DNA of 64,000 nucleotides, taken from contig DAHWNL010000036.1 of NCBI GenBank assembly GCA_027339965.1, positions 1 to 64,000 of the forward strand. The letters are read 5' to 3'. The DNA comes from Granulicella sp. (lineage in GTDB: Bacteria > Acidobacteriota > Terriglobia > Terriglobales > Acidobacteriaceae). Below the pieces are notes generated by a model. It searched no databases, was not told where the DNA came from, and was given only the letters and a program-made list of their open reading frames with translations. Below, in pieces: positions 8,208-18,464 of this stretch. The first letter of the stretch is position 1; every line of letters begins with the position of its first letter. Position numbers and translations under genes: made by a program.

Positions 8208-10982
8208 CTATCGCACGGAGGCATCCATCTCCGAGAAATAGTTGGAGGGCTTGAGCAGCTCGCGTGGCTTGGAGCCCTCCGCCGGACCCACTAACCCATC
8301 CCGCTCCATCATGTCGATCAGATGCGCGGCGCGGCCGTAGCCGATGCGCAGACGGCGTTGCAGAAGCGAGGTGGAAGCCTTGCCAAACTCGAAGACCAGG
8401 CGCACGGCGTCGTCAAAGAGCGCGTCATCCTCCTCGCTCTCTGCCGCTGCTGACTCTCCCCCCGTTTTCTCTTCCTTGGGGCCTTCCAGGAAGCCATGCA
8501 CGTACTCAGCCTCCCCTTGCTCCTTCCAGAATCCGGTGACGGCGGCAATCTCCTTTTCGGTGACAAACGGAGCATGCACGCGCTGCAGGCGGGAGGTGCC
8601 GGGAGGGAGAAACAGCATATCGCCGCGGCCCAGCAGACTCTCAGCGCCGTTGGAGTCGATGATGGTTCGCGAGTCCACTTTGGTGGCCAGGCGGAAGCTC
8701 ATGCGAGTGGGCACGTTGGCCTTGATCAGGCCGGTAATCACATCCACGGAGGGGCGCTGCGTGGCCAGCACCAGGTGAATGCCCACCGCGCGAGCCATCT
8801 GCGCCAGCCGGGTGATGGCCTCTTCCACATTGGCCCGGTCCAGCATCATCAGGTCGGCCAGTTCGTCGATGATGATCATGATGTAGGGCAGCGGTTCCTG
8901 ATTAACGTCCTCGAAGAGGTACTCGCTGCCATGCTCAAAGAGCTTGTTGAACTGCTCGATGTTGCGCACGTGATTGGCGGCCAGCAGCTTGAGCCGGCGT
9001 TCCATCTCCCGCACCGCATTGCGCAGCGCGTTGGCGGCCAGTTTCGCCTCTGTAATGATGGGCGTAAACAGGTGGGGAATCCCTTCATACATGCCCAGTT
9101 CCACCCGTTTGGGATCCACCAGGATCATGCGCACCTGTTCGGGCGTGGACTTGAAGAGTACGCTCATGATCATGGCGTTGATCGCCACCGATTTGCCCGA
9201 GCCGGTAGAGCCGGCGATCAGGATGTGGGGCATGCTGGCCAGATCGCCGGTGACGATGCGTCCGCTGATGTCCTTGCCCAGGGCGAAGGCCAGCTTGCTC
9301 TTGCTCTGTGCAAAGCTCTCGCACTCGACCACTTCTCGCAGCCAGATCGTCTCGCGCTGGCGGTTGGGCACCTGAATGCCGACAGTCGACTTGCCGGGCA
9401 TCCGTTCGATCAGGATGGACTCGGCGGCCATGGCCAGGCAGAGGTCGTCGGCCAGGCCGGTGACGCGGGAGTACTTGACGCCGGCGTCGGGACGAAACTC
9501 AAAGGTGGTGACCACCGGCCCGGGATTGATCTGCTCCACGCAGCCGTCAACCCCGAACTCGGCGCACTTCTCTACCAGGGTGCGGGCCTCCTCACGCAAC
9601 TCGCTCTCGCGCACCTGGGCACGCTCTTCGGAGCGGTAGAGCAGGGAGCTGGGGGGCAGCCTGTAGCCGCGTACGGACTTGGGGGTGATGGCGACGGCCA
9701 TCAGGTTGGCGTCGGCGCGCTGCCCAAAGGCGATGTTTTGGGCAGCGATGTCGGCCATCGGGGAGGGCATCGGGGGCAGTGCCGAAGAAGGAGCCGGGGA
9801 TGCCGCGGGGCCGCCCGCCGAAGGCCGCGCCAAAGACGAGGCCAAAGACGGAGCCAGCGTAGGCGCAGCAGACGCCGGCGACCGGGAGAGAATCGGCGCA
9901 GGCGTGCGCCGTTCCGGCGCGTCCAGCCAGCCATCATCCTCGGTGTCACGCCGGAGCGGGTCGGCTTTTACGGGGAACGGAAGTCCGGGCTCTACGGCGC
10001 TCCCCAGCGGGGCAGCGGCTGCGGCCAATTGCTCCGCAAACGGAGCTGCTGCCGCCGCGGCAACTTGCAATCCGGTAACCGGAGCCTCATCCACCATGGT
10101 GCGTGGAATCGACTGCCAGACCGAGGGCTCCCTCTGCCCGGCGTCGGGCTCTGAAGAGATTTCCTCCAGGCCCGGCTCGCCGGAGGCGCGGCGGCGGCCA
10201 AACCATGCAAAGAGGCTGGAAAGCAGCGAGCCGCCGGACTGCGTCTCCTGCTGCAGCTTCTTTTGCCGGCTCTCCTGCTCTTTGCGGGCTTTGGCTGCGG
10301 AGATCTCCCGTTTGGAGGCGAAATCCGAGTCGAACTCCTCCGGCCCGCGGCTCCGCCTGCGGCTTCTCCAGCGGGTGTAGCGCTCCGCCATGCTGCGCAC
10401 AAATCCAAAGTGCGAAGAGAACCAGGCTCCGGCCGTGGCGACCAGAAAGTTGGTGGTCAGGTAAAGCGAGAGGGCTACCATCAGGCCGCATATGGCCACG
10501 GTGCCGGGAAAGTTGGCAAAGTGAGTGAGAACTCCCGCGAGCATGGCGCCCTCGACGCCGCAGATGGGCAATGCGCCTCGCCAAAGGAGATGTCCGGGCA
10601 GCAGGGCGACCAGCGCAGGGGCAAAGAACATCCACAACGCAAGGCCAGCCAGCTTCAGCCGTGTGGATCCAACCGCCAGGGATCGCATCCATGCCAGCCC
10701 GATGCGAATCAGGGCCAGAGGAACAAAGAAGATCGCGACTCCCAGCGTTTGCAGCAACAGGTCCGCGGTATAGGACCCCGCCAGCCCCGCCCAGTTGTGC
10801 ACCCCGCTGTGGACCGTGCCACCGGCAGCGCCGCCCCCGACCGTGTTCAAGGAGGGATCGGCCGGGTTATAGCTCACCAAGGCAAGCAGCAGCAAGCCGG
10901 CGGAGACCAGAACGATCAGGCCGAGCATCTCATTGAGCCTGCGACTTCTGGTGGGGGAGTAGACCAGTCTCTGCGGTTTCAT
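8208..10982 (-). CDS. ftsK: DNA translocase FtsK
   Basis: N-terminal TM domain, Ala/Pro linker, Walker A GSTGSGKS, IIDELADLM, LATQRPS, gamma domain LQRRLRIGYGRAA. Confidence 0.97.
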   Translation of the reverse strand: MKPQRLVYSPTRSRRLNEMLGLIVLVSAGLLLLALVSYNPADPSLNTVGGGAAGGTVHSGVHNWAGLAGSYTADLLLQTLGVAIFFVPLALIRIGLAWMRSLAVGSTRLKLAGLALWMFFAPALVALLPGHLLWRGALPICGVEGAMLAGVLTHFANFPGTVAICGLMVALSLYLTTNFLVATAGAWFSSHFGFVRSMAERYTRWRSRRRSRGPEEFDSDFASKREISAAKARKEQESRQKKLQQETQSGGSLLSSLFAWFGRRRASGEPGLEEISSEPDAGQREPSVWQSIPRTMVDEAPVTGLQVAAAAAAPFAEQLAAAAAPLGSAVEPGLPFPVKADPLRRDTEDDGWLDAPERRTPAPILSRSPASAAPTLAPSLASSLARPSAGGPAASPAPSSALPPMPSPMADIAAQNIAFGQRADANLMAVAITPKSVRGYRLPPSSLLYRSEERAQVRESELREEARTLVEKCAEFGVDGCVEQINPGPVVTTFEFRPDAGVKYSRVTGLADDLCLAMAAESILIERMPGKSTVGIQVPNRQRETIWLREVVECESFAQSKSKLAFALGKDISGRIVTGDLASMPHILIAGSTGSGKSVAINAMIMSVLFKSTPEQVRMILVDPKRVELGMYEGIPHLFTPIITEAKLAANALRNAVREMERRLKLLAANHVRNIEQFNKLFEHGSEYLFEDVNQEPLPYIMIIIDELADLMMLDRANVEEAITRLAQMARAVGIHLVLATQRPSVDVITGLIKANVPTRMSFRLATKVDSRTIIDSNGAESLLGRGDMLFLPPGTSRLQRVHAPFVTEKEIAAVTGFWKEQGEAEYVHGFLEGPKEEKTGGESAAAESEEDDALFDDAVRLVFEFGKASTSLLQRRLRIGYGRAAHLIDMMERDGLVGPAEGSKPRELLKPSNYFSEMDASVR

Positions 10983-11472
10983 AGGGAATGTAGGGCCACG
11001 GTTGAGCCAATCGCCGCTAAGCTTGAGCCGCGCCGCCGATTGGCTGGGAATCACCGAACAACCAGAGCAACTCCATTGTTCCACGCCGTCCGGCGCCGTG
11101 CCTGCCTTCCTGGGGTGGAACCAGAGTGGTGACTCCAGGGCGCGAGCTGGTCAGCGTGGCTGCCAGTCACCCGGCGAAACGCGCCACAGCAGCTCGGTTT
11201 GGACCGCCGGCGGCATGTTGATTCACCTTGGCAGCGATCAGGCGGGCGACGAAATGTTGGATAGCCGCATGGCCTGCGTGCCTTTTTCACGGGCTGGGTA
11301 TGGTTTGCTGATTCCCGCCAATGTCGGGAAGGGAATTATCCCCTCGCGTCAAGTAGTGGCATTATGATGGGCATGCCACCCGACTATTCGAGCATGTTTG
11401 CAAAATTACACAGGGCTGAAGAACTGCTCAATCGCCTGTAAAGAGAACCAGCAACCATATCCTTGATTCAAC

Positions 11473-11895
11473 CTACGTCCGCCACGGATTGAGCACCTTG
11501 ACCGGAAGATCCTCTACGTCGCTTTCATTGCGGGTGACGAAGATCAAACCATGAACCACGGCTGTTGCGGCGAGGAGCGTATCGACTACGGGCCTCGAAC
11601 GCTGGGCTGACCATTCGCCCCACAGCTTCGCGGTTGCTGTATCCACACCTAAAATCCGATCCGCAAAATGGGTTTCGAGGCCGTCAGCCCAGGCTCCAAT
11701 GGCCTTGGCCGCGGCGGGATCAGACTTTGCCTTGAGAGCAATGCCTTTCCTTAGTTCCCCCAAAGAGAGGTTGCTGAGATAGAGAGACGCCGGAGCTGTT
11801 CCAGCCAGAAAGGACAAAACGACCTCTTCCGCACGTTTCTTGCGGGTCTCCGATAACACATTCGTATCCAGCAAATAACGGTTGCGGGTCGTCAC
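11473..11895 (-). CDS. vapC: VapC PIN-domain toxin
   Basis: YLLDTNVLSE, DTLLAATA, VTRN, NPW; overlaps the antitoxin stop. Confidence 0.93.
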   Translation of the reverse strand: MTTRNRYLLDTNVLSETRKKRAEEVVLSFLAGTAPASLYLSNLSLGELRKGIALKAKSDPAAAKAIGAWADGLETHFADRILGVDTATAKLWGEWSAQRSRPVVDTLLAATAVVHGLIFVTRNESDVEDLPVKVLNPWRT

Positions 11896-12137
11896 AGGGC
11901 AATCGTCCGCCCTGTATCCCGGCTGCGCTTCACCTCAAAACTGTCCACCTTTGGGCCGCCCAATAAGTAGTCCCGCAGAGATTCTTGCCGCGCACTGAGG
12001 GCGCGATAGTCTTCAACCGAGAGCACCACAGCGTGTTCGGAGCCGTGCCGGGTGATAATCTGCGGGCCGTCCGTATTCGCGTCGTCGATCAGCTCGCTGA
12101 GGCGGGCCTTCGCTTCCTGAACTTGCCACGTAGCCAT
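11892..12137 (-). CDS. Phd/YefM family antitoxin
   Basis: WQVQEAKARLSEL...GPQIITRHG; GGAGG RBS. Confidence 0.93.
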   Translation of the reverse strand: MATWQVQEAKARLSELIDDANTDGPQIITRHGSEHAVVLSVEDYRALSARQESLRDYLLGGPKVDSFEVKRSRDTGRTIAL

Positions 12138-12160
12138 ACGACACCTCCGTCTTAGATTCC

Positions 12161-12185
12161 GACCAGAATTATAGCAGATCTGGTC
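12161..12185 (-). promoter_or_regulatory. TA operon promoter with inverted-repeat operator
   Basis: GACCAGA-11 nt-TCTGGTC inverted repeat brackets an extended -10 TGCTATAAT (minus strand, 12168-12176). Confidence 0.65.
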
Positions 12186-12321
12186 AGTACGTCAGCACCT
12201 TGGCCTGAGTCAGTTCATTTTCCATCACTTGCGCCGAATCGCAATAGAGACTTTGTGGACTTGCCTCCATTTTTGACACAACCAGTGAAGACTCGATTTT
12301 CAGCGAATGGAGAATTGAGTG

Positions 12322-12666
12322 ATGGGATTGTCACGCAGGACGTTCACCAGGGAGTTCAAGCTGGCTGCCGTGCGGCGGCTGGAAGCAGGGGTATCGCTGG
12401 CCGAGGTGTCGCGCGGGTTGGAGGTGAGCCCCAACGTGTTGCACGGTTGGGTGCGTGAGTTCCGGCAGGCGCCGGGTAAGGCCTTTCCGGGCCAGGGTCA
12501 GCGGCGCTGGTCGAAAGGCAAAGTTGCCGAGCTGGAGCGCAAGGTCGGCCAGCAAGCGATGGACTTGGATTTTTTGAAGGGGTGCTTGCAGCGCATCGAA
12601 GAACAGCGGATGCCGCAGGTATCGACTGGAAATCCGCGGTTTGCCGGAAAGTCGGCGAAGCGGTGA
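12322..12666 (+). CDS. IS3 transposase OrfA (HTH)
   Basis: RRTFTREFKLAAVRR...ELERKVGQQAMDLDFLK. Confidence 0.85.
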   Translation: MGLSRRTFTREFKLAAVRRLEAGVSLAEVSRGLEVSPNVLHGWVREFRQAPGKAFPGQGQRRWSKGKVAELERKVGQQAMDLDFLKGCLQRIEEQRMPQVSTGNPRFAGKSAKR

Positions 12667-13645
12667 GCGCCGGGCGGGGACTGACGATCGAGCGCATGGT
12701 GGAGCTGGGCCGGGTAAGCCGGTCCGGCTTCTACCGCTCGCAAACCGCGCCCGAGGCCGGCGCGGATCGGGACATGGGGCTGCGCGATGCCATCCAGTGG
12801 ATCGCGCTGGAGTGGCCCAGCTACGGCCGGCCGCGCATCACCCGCGAGCTGCGGCGGCGGGGCTGGACGGCCAACCCGAAGCGCGTCTACCGGCTGCTGC
12901 GCCAGGACAACCGGCTGTGCGTGCGCAAGCGCAAGTTCGTGCTTACCACCGGCTCCAACCACGGCCTGCACGTGTATCCCAACCTGGTCGCCGACATGGT
13001 GCTAAAGCAGTTTCAGTGTAGGCGTACCTGATGCCTCGACTTCTATAGGCGTTTTCCCCAATGAAAACGCCACTGTAAGCCCTCCTCGGGACACCCATCA
13101 ACACTGAAAATGCTATCACCGGCGTGGATCCACCGTGGCGGGCGGATATCACCTACATCCGGCTGCGCGAAGAGTTCGTCTTCCTGGCGGTGATGCTGGA
13201 CGCCTTCTTGCGGCGGGTGATCGGCTGAGCGCTGGACCGGACCATGGAAGACGATCTGGCGCTGACAGCGCTCTGCATGGCGCTCCGGCAGCGTAGCGTG
13301 CTGCCGGGGTTGGTGCATCACTCCGACCGCGGCAGCCAGTACGCCAGCAACGACTACACCGATCTGCTCAAGGCGCACGGGATCCAGATCAGCATGAGCC
13401 GCAAGGGCAATCCCTGGGACAACGCGGCCTGCGAGTCGTTCATGAAGACGCTGAAGTACGAGGAAGTGCCGCGTAACGAGTACCGCGACCTGGCCGAGGC
13501 CCGCGCATCCATCCACCAGTTCCTGGAAAAGGTCTACAACCGGAAGCGCCTGCACTCGGCGCTGGGCTATCTGCCGCCGGTCGAGTTCGAGGCCCAACTG
13601 GCGGCGCAGAACACGGAAGCCGCTGCGCGGAAGCTGGTTGCATGA
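12663..13645 (+). pseudogene. IS3 transposase OrfB (rve/DDE), disrupted
   Basis: YGRPRI, YPNL, ADITYI, HSDRGSQY, GNPWDNAACESF, RLHSALGY. Broken by a 113-bp insertion at 13004-13116 and an in-frame TGA at 13226-13228 (normally Trp in IGW). Confidence 0.88.
13004..13116 (+). mobile_element. MITE-like fold-back repeat, copy 1 (inside IS3 orfB)
   Basis: Ends AAAGCAGTTTCAGTGT...ACACTGAAAATGCTAT, central GGCGTTTTCCCCAATGAAAACGCC; removal restores ADMVL-TGVD. Confidence 0.88.
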
Positions 13646-13960
13646 GTTTTTTGGAGGCATGGGGAGATCGATCCACCCGATGGGCGCTGAAAACCGGGAG
13701 CAGACGAGGTCGTCCACTCCCGACGCTCCGCGGTACGGATGAGGCTCCAGCCGGTGATTCCTTGGCGTGCCGTTCTCCACCGGAGCCCGCCTCCGCTTCA
13801 CCGGCCACGCTCAGAATGCTGTACAGGGGTCCTGCCGGTCGAGATTTTTGCAGCGAACGGCGATGAGGGTCTCAACCGTTTGTGTCAGTCGAGGGGGCAA
13901 CCCCAGGTCGCGCCTTGATGGGTCTGGCTGTTACACCCCGCAGAACGCCAAAAATCGGAT

Positions 13961-14881
13961 TCAAAAGCCGAGATGATGCAGGTAGAAGACCACGCATCCT
14001 GCCAGCAGGCAGTAGATGCCGAACCAGTGCCACCGCCCATTCTCCAGCCAGGAGCTGAGCCAGCGCAGCGCGGCCAGTCCAGCCAGGAAGGAGAAGAACA
14101 TGCCAAACAGCGCTGCCGTCCAGCCGGCGTGCAGGTTGATGGGCTGAGCGCCGGCCGGGACAGCGTGGGCAGCCTTCAACATCCGCCAGGCCTCGCGGGC
14201 AATCGCCACGGGAGTCAGGATGACCGCCAGCGCAAAGCTGAACTGCTCGGCTCGCCTCCGGCTGGCTCCGGTCAAAAGGCCGGCGGAGATGGTCGCGCCG
14301 GAGCGGGAGAAGCCGCGGAAGGGAAGACACAGTCCCTGAATCGCGCCCATCCATCCGGCCTGGGCAAAGGTGACGTTCTCTCCGGCGAGCACGATGGAGC
14401 GCTCATAGTCGGGTCGGGACCCGGTTGTGCTGCTGGCGGAGGCCGCACGCTCCCTCAGGCCGGAGATCAGGATCAGGACTCCGGCGGCCAGCAGCGCCGG
14501 GGCCACCAGGTCAAGCCGTGAGAACAGCATCTCGATCTCGCCTTTGGAGTGTCCCTTGAAGGCGGTGTGTTCGATCATCTCGATGATCGGGTAGCCGACC
14601 ACTGCGGTGAGGATTGTGGCCCAGAGCGCCCGCACGGCAAATCGCTGTAAGGCGTGCGAGGTCAAGAAGTACGCGTGCTTCCACTGCGACCAGAAGTACA
14701 CGATCACGGAGAACATGGTTCCGGTGTGCAGCATCACCAGCACCAGGGTCATCTCGGGCGAGGACGGATTCAACCCGAGCAGTTTTTCGGCGACGACCAC
14801 ATGCGCTGAGCTGGAGACGGGCAGAAGCTCGGCAAGGCCCTGAACCACGGCCAGAAGAAGCACCTTCACAAGAGATGGCAT
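13961..14881 (-). CDS. uppP: undecaprenyl-diphosphate phosphatase (BacA)
   Basis: QGLAELLPVSSSAH, LHTGT, GFSRSGATI. Confidence 0.92.
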   Translation of the reverse strand: MPSLVKVLLLAVVQGLAELLPVSSSAHVVVAEKLLGLNPSSPEMTLVLVMLHTGTMFSVIVYFWSQWKHAYFLTSHALQRFAVRALWATILTAVVGYPIIEMIEHTAFKGHSKGEIEMLFSRLDLVAPALLAAGVLILISGLRERAASASSTTGSRPDYERSIVLAGENVTFAQAGWMGAIQGLCLPFRGFSRSGATISAGLLTGASRRRAEQFSFALAVILTPVAIAREAWRMLKAAHAVPAGAQPINLHAGWTAALFGMFFSFLAGLAALRWLSSWLENGRWHWFGIYCLLAGCVVFYLHHLGF

Positions 14882-14978
14882 AGCTTGATTTTATCCTGCG
14901 GCCGGCGCAGGGTCCGCGATCGGAAGGCAGGTTCGACAGCGTTGCATCGGCAGGAGCCTGCGGCACATCTCACTTGTC

Positions 14979-15956
14979 ATGAAGACCATCACGCTGGAAG
15001 AGCACTTTGTAACGGAGAACTTTTTGCGGGCCACCGGAGCGTCTAGCCGCCCGGCATCGCAGCGCATGGAGACGTTGCGCGGCAAGTTGCTGGATCTTGG
15101 CGACGGCCGCATCCAGGCCATGGACGAGGCCGGCATCAGCGTCCAAGTGCTCTCGCTGGCCGCCATGGGCGTGGACGACCTCTCCGCATCAGACCAAACC
15201 GCGGTGTTGAATGACGTACACGACGAACTCCATGCCGCTATCCGGGCGCATCCCGGGCGTTTGGCGGGGTTCGCGACTCCCGGCCTGAAATACCCGGCTG
15301 CTGCTGTCAAGGAGTTGGAGCGTTGCATCAGCAATCTCGGCTTCAAGGGGTTGTTCGTCGATGGGACGACGGATGGCAGGTTTCTGGATGCTCCTGAGTT
15401 TTTCCCGCTGTTGGAAGCCGCCGCTTCGCTCGGCGTGCCCCTCTATCTTCATCCGGCGCCACCCCCTGCGGCGGTGCGATCCGCCTATTACTCCGGCCTG
15501 CCCGGTGAGGCCGGCATGATGCTCTCGATTGCCGGCTGGGGATGGCACGCTGAGACCGGTCTGCACCTGCTGCGTCTGATCGTCTCCGGAGTCCTGGAGC
15601 GGCTGCCTGCACTTCAGGTGATAGTGGGGCACATGGGGGAGGGCCTTCCTTACGCCCTGGCGCGCAGCAACAACGTTCTTGCGCCCTCCATCACGCATCT
15701 TCGGCGCAGCGTAACCGAGACCATGCTGGCGCAGGTGCACGTGACCACCAGCGGCTGCTTCACGCGCCCGCCCTTTGACTGCGCCCGGCAGGTTCTCGGC
15801 CTGGACAGGATGCTGTTTTCCGTGGACTATCCCTACAGCTCCACGATGGATGGCCGAAACTTCCTGACCTTGCTGCAGTCCACGGAGCCGGCGCTCACGG
15901 AGGCCGAAATGGCCAATTTGAGCTATGGGAACGCGGTGCGAATCCTGCGCCTGTGA
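14979..15956 (+). CDS. amidohydrolase_2 family protein (aromatic acid decarboxylase/ACMSD-like)
   Basis: LEEH, YLHP, GHMGE, FSVDYPY. Confidence 0.88.
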   Translation: MKTITLEEHFVTENFLRATGASSRPASQRMETLRGKLLDLGDGRIQAMDEAGISVQVLSLAAMGVDDLSASDQTAVLNDVHDELHAAIRAHPGRLAGFATPGLKYPAAAVKELERCISNLGFKGLFVDGTTDGRFLDAPEFFPLLEAAASLGVPLYLHPAPPPAAVRSAYYSGLPGEAGMMLSIAGWGWHAETGLHLLRLIVSGVLERLPALQVIVGHMGEGLPYALARSNNVLAPSITHLRRSVTETMLAQVHVTTSGCFTRPPFDCARQVLGLDRMLFSVDYPYSSTMDGRNFLTLLQSTEPALTEAEMANLSYGNAVRILRL

Positions 15957-16044
15957 ACTTCCTTCCTACCGCGCCCCGGCAGCGCCGCAGAGCTTGAGAG
16001 GCGGCGCGCCGCGCGGAGCTGATTCCGGTCGAGAGTCCCCCGCC

Positions 16045-16158
16045 AGAGCGTTTTCAGTGCAGGTGTAGCGCGACGCCTCAGCCTCCATGGGCATTTTCCC
16101 CAATGAAAACGCCACTGCACGCCATCTCCGGTGTACCCAGCAACACTGAAAATGCTAT
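16045..16158 (+). mobile_element. MITE-like fold-back repeat, copy 2 (between convergent genes)
   Basis: AGAGCGTTTTCAGTGC...GGCATTTTCCCCAATGAAAACGCC...ACACTGAAAATGCTAT. Confidence 0.85.
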
Positions 16159-16205
16159 AGGCCACGGTTGGCGCTTCTTCTGAGCGAAAGGACGCTCGCG
16201 CCGTT

Positions 16206-17228
16206 CTACGCGTTTTCCTTCGCCGAAGCTCCAGACTTCGGGTCCAGATTTCCTCCAGAGAGAATCACCGCGACTTTGTTTGCCTTGGGTAGTTCGGCGG
16301 CGTGGAAGAGCGCGGCGGCAAGGGTAATGGCGCCGGAGGGCTCGGCGACCAGGGAGGCGGTCTCCAAAAGGATGCGCATCGCGGTCTGAATCTCCTCTTC
16401 GCGGACGGTGACCACCCCGTCCACGAAGCGCAGGATCAGCTCAAAGTTCAGGTTGCCCAGCGATTGGGTGCGTAGCCCATCACAGATGGTCCGCGTGGTC
16501 TTCTCCGCCGGCCACTCCACTAACGAGCGAGTGCGAAAGGACTCGGCTGCGTCGGCAGCCAGCTCCGGCTCGCAGCCCCACACCTGGGGAGATGGAACGC
16601 CGGCAGCCTCCGCCTGCAGTTTGATGCCCGCAGCGACGCCGGAGAGCAAACCTCCTCCGGAGACTGGGGAGAGCACCAGCTCCACATCCGGCAGCTGCTC
16701 CACAATCTCCACCCCACAGCTAGCCTGCCCGGCGACGATCGCCGGATCATCATACGGCGGGACCATGGTGTAACCATATGTTGCGGAGAGCTCTTCGGCG
16801 CGTTGCCGCCGCTCGGTGCTGGCCGGGCCAACCACCACCACCTCCGCACCCAGGGCCAGGGTCGCCGCGCGCTTCACCAGCGGCGTATTGGAGGGCATGA
16901 CGACGACGGCTTTGGCCCCCAACGCACGGGCGGCATAAGCGACGCCCTGGGCATGGTTGCCGGAGGAGTAAGTGATGACGCCGCGCTGCAACTGCTCGGC
17001 GGAGAGCTGCGCGATCTTGTTATAGGCCCCGCGCAGCTTGAAGCTCCCAACCGGCTGCGCCGATTCGTCCTTGACGTAGATCACCGGCGCAGATTCGTCA
17101 ACTTTGGCCAGGCCCGCCTGACGCAGCCGCGCCGGATCCAGACGCAGCAGAGGGGTGCGCACGGCAACCCCTGCAATTCGTCTCCGCGCCGCATGGATCT
17201 CATTCCAGGTGATGATGGCAGTAGCCAT
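16206..17228 (-). CDS. PLP-dependent threonine/serine dehydratase
   Basis: SFKLRGA (PLP Lys), SSGNHAQG, SGGGL, EPSGA, LSGGN. Confidence 0.92.
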   Translation of the reverse strand: MATAIITWNEIHAARRRIAGVAVRTPLLRLDPARLRQAGLAKVDESAPVIYVKDESAQPVGSFKLRGAYNKIAQLSAEQLQRGVITYSSGNHAQGVAYAARALGAKAVVVMPSNTPLVKRAATLALGAEVVVVGPASTERRQRAEELSATYGYTMVPPYDDPAIVAGQASCGVEIVEQLPDVELVLSPVSGGGLLSGVAAGIKLQAEAAGVPSPQVWGCEPELAADAAESFRTRSLVEWPAEKTTRTICDGLRTQSLGNLNFELILRFVDGVVTVREEEIQTAMRILLETASLVAEPSGAITLAAALFHAAELPKANKVAVILSGGNLDPKSGASAKENA

Positions 17229-18179
17229 GGAAGATGATTTTAGTCTTTCAACTGCGCCCTCCGGCGGGAGTGTGTGCGGTTGTGCAGACGAGCCGGCATC
17301 GGAGAGAGATCTCCCAAGACTCAGGAAAGGCATCTCCGACACAGAGATCCTGCCGGCGGACAGCTCAACCCTGGATCGAGCCGCTTCCACTCGCGAAGGA
17401 GGTAACCTGTTCACGAAGCGTGTCTTGCGGAACCAGGCCGACGGAATCCTGAAAATCGCTGGAGCCCGAATCTTGACAGTCCAGGCATGGGGTGATTATC
17501 GTCCGCAGTGTGACGTTCCTTGGCTCAATGAAATCATTTACACGGAGGTTAGTCAGATAAAAGCCTGCATCTGTCGCTTTTGCAGAGAGGCTTGAGGAGC
17601 GTCGGGTCTGGAGGCTCCTACGGTTCTTCCATCTGAAACGGCGGACCCGGCTGCCGCGACGAGTTCAAGTCGTTTTCGGCCTCAGCACGGCTGCTCTTGC
17701 ACAGACATCGTTGAGGGGCGACTCCAAGAGCGGTGCAGGATGCTTATGGCGGATTGACCCATAGAGCGCTCGGCAAAGTGATCAACACGCGCTTCGGCCT
17801 GCTTCTAATCCGAGCCAGCGATTCGGGCGTTTTTTGGCCTGCGCTGTTCTTCAAGAGGGGCAGTTTCGAAGTCTCCGTTGGAACGGCTGAATTCAAGACG
17901 ACAAATGAGGAGCATGTTCACCTGATCCTTCAAGAAGCGAACCTCCCACTCGATCTGCATGTTGCAAGCGTTACCGGGATGGTGATGCTAGCAGGAGCGC
18001 TGCCTCTCTTGCAGATGCGGGAGAGTTCCGCGGGGCAGGTGATCTGCACGGAGACGACCAACAACTTGCCCCTGAAGAGAGTGGCCACGGCAGTCCCAGC
18101 GCCTTGGATGCGGCGAGCGAGCGCTACCAGGCTGCTACACGCGAGCCCGAAAGGGGAAGCTCACTCAGCCTATCGATCA

Positions 18180-18416
18180 CCGCCGATGGGGATAAACGTC
18201 TCGTCGTTCAAGAACTTCTACACTGTGCGAAGTTCACTGTTCCGTTGCGAGTCGCTATCTCCGATGTCCGAAACCCTTCAGCAAACGGGCAGCCTCCGGC
18301 ATCGATCGACTCTTCGAGCGGCGACGAGCGGCGAGATAGATGTCGGCGCCAATCCGCTTTCAAAACTCCACCCCAGATGCTCAATTCTTCGATCTTTCAG
18401 TCAAGCAGGTAGCTGA
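18180..18416 (+). pseudogene. probable degraded C-terminus of a TonB-dependent receptor
   Basis: Split over frames: INVSSFKNF / KFTVPLRV...NP..NGQPPASIDSSS / GEI...ANP, resembling the Oar-like TBDR end (SLFKNF..FRAE.FN..N.P.F..P.....S..FG.I). Confidence 0.4.
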
Positions 18417-18464
18417 ATATTTTGGATGATGAAATCGCTTCATAACGTCAAGGAGAATATACGT

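Larger units (their letters stand above)
12256..13905 (+). mobile_element. IS3-family insertion sequence (inactivated)
   Basis: Imperfect 28-bp TIRs: TGGACTTGCCTCCATTTTTGACACAACC (12256) vs revcomp TGGGGTTGCCCCCTCGACTGACACAAAC (ends 13905); orfA and orfB inside; no clear TSD. Confidence 0.88.

Noticed and set aside
13004..16158. Repeat core TTTTCCCCAATGAAAAC as a CRISPR repeat
   Set aside because: Copies are dispersed kilobases apart, with no repeat-spacer periodicity and no cas genes.
17733..18416. 227-aa ORF as an intact gene
   Set aside because: No coherent domain; TBDR-like words are split between frames, so it is treated as a relic.
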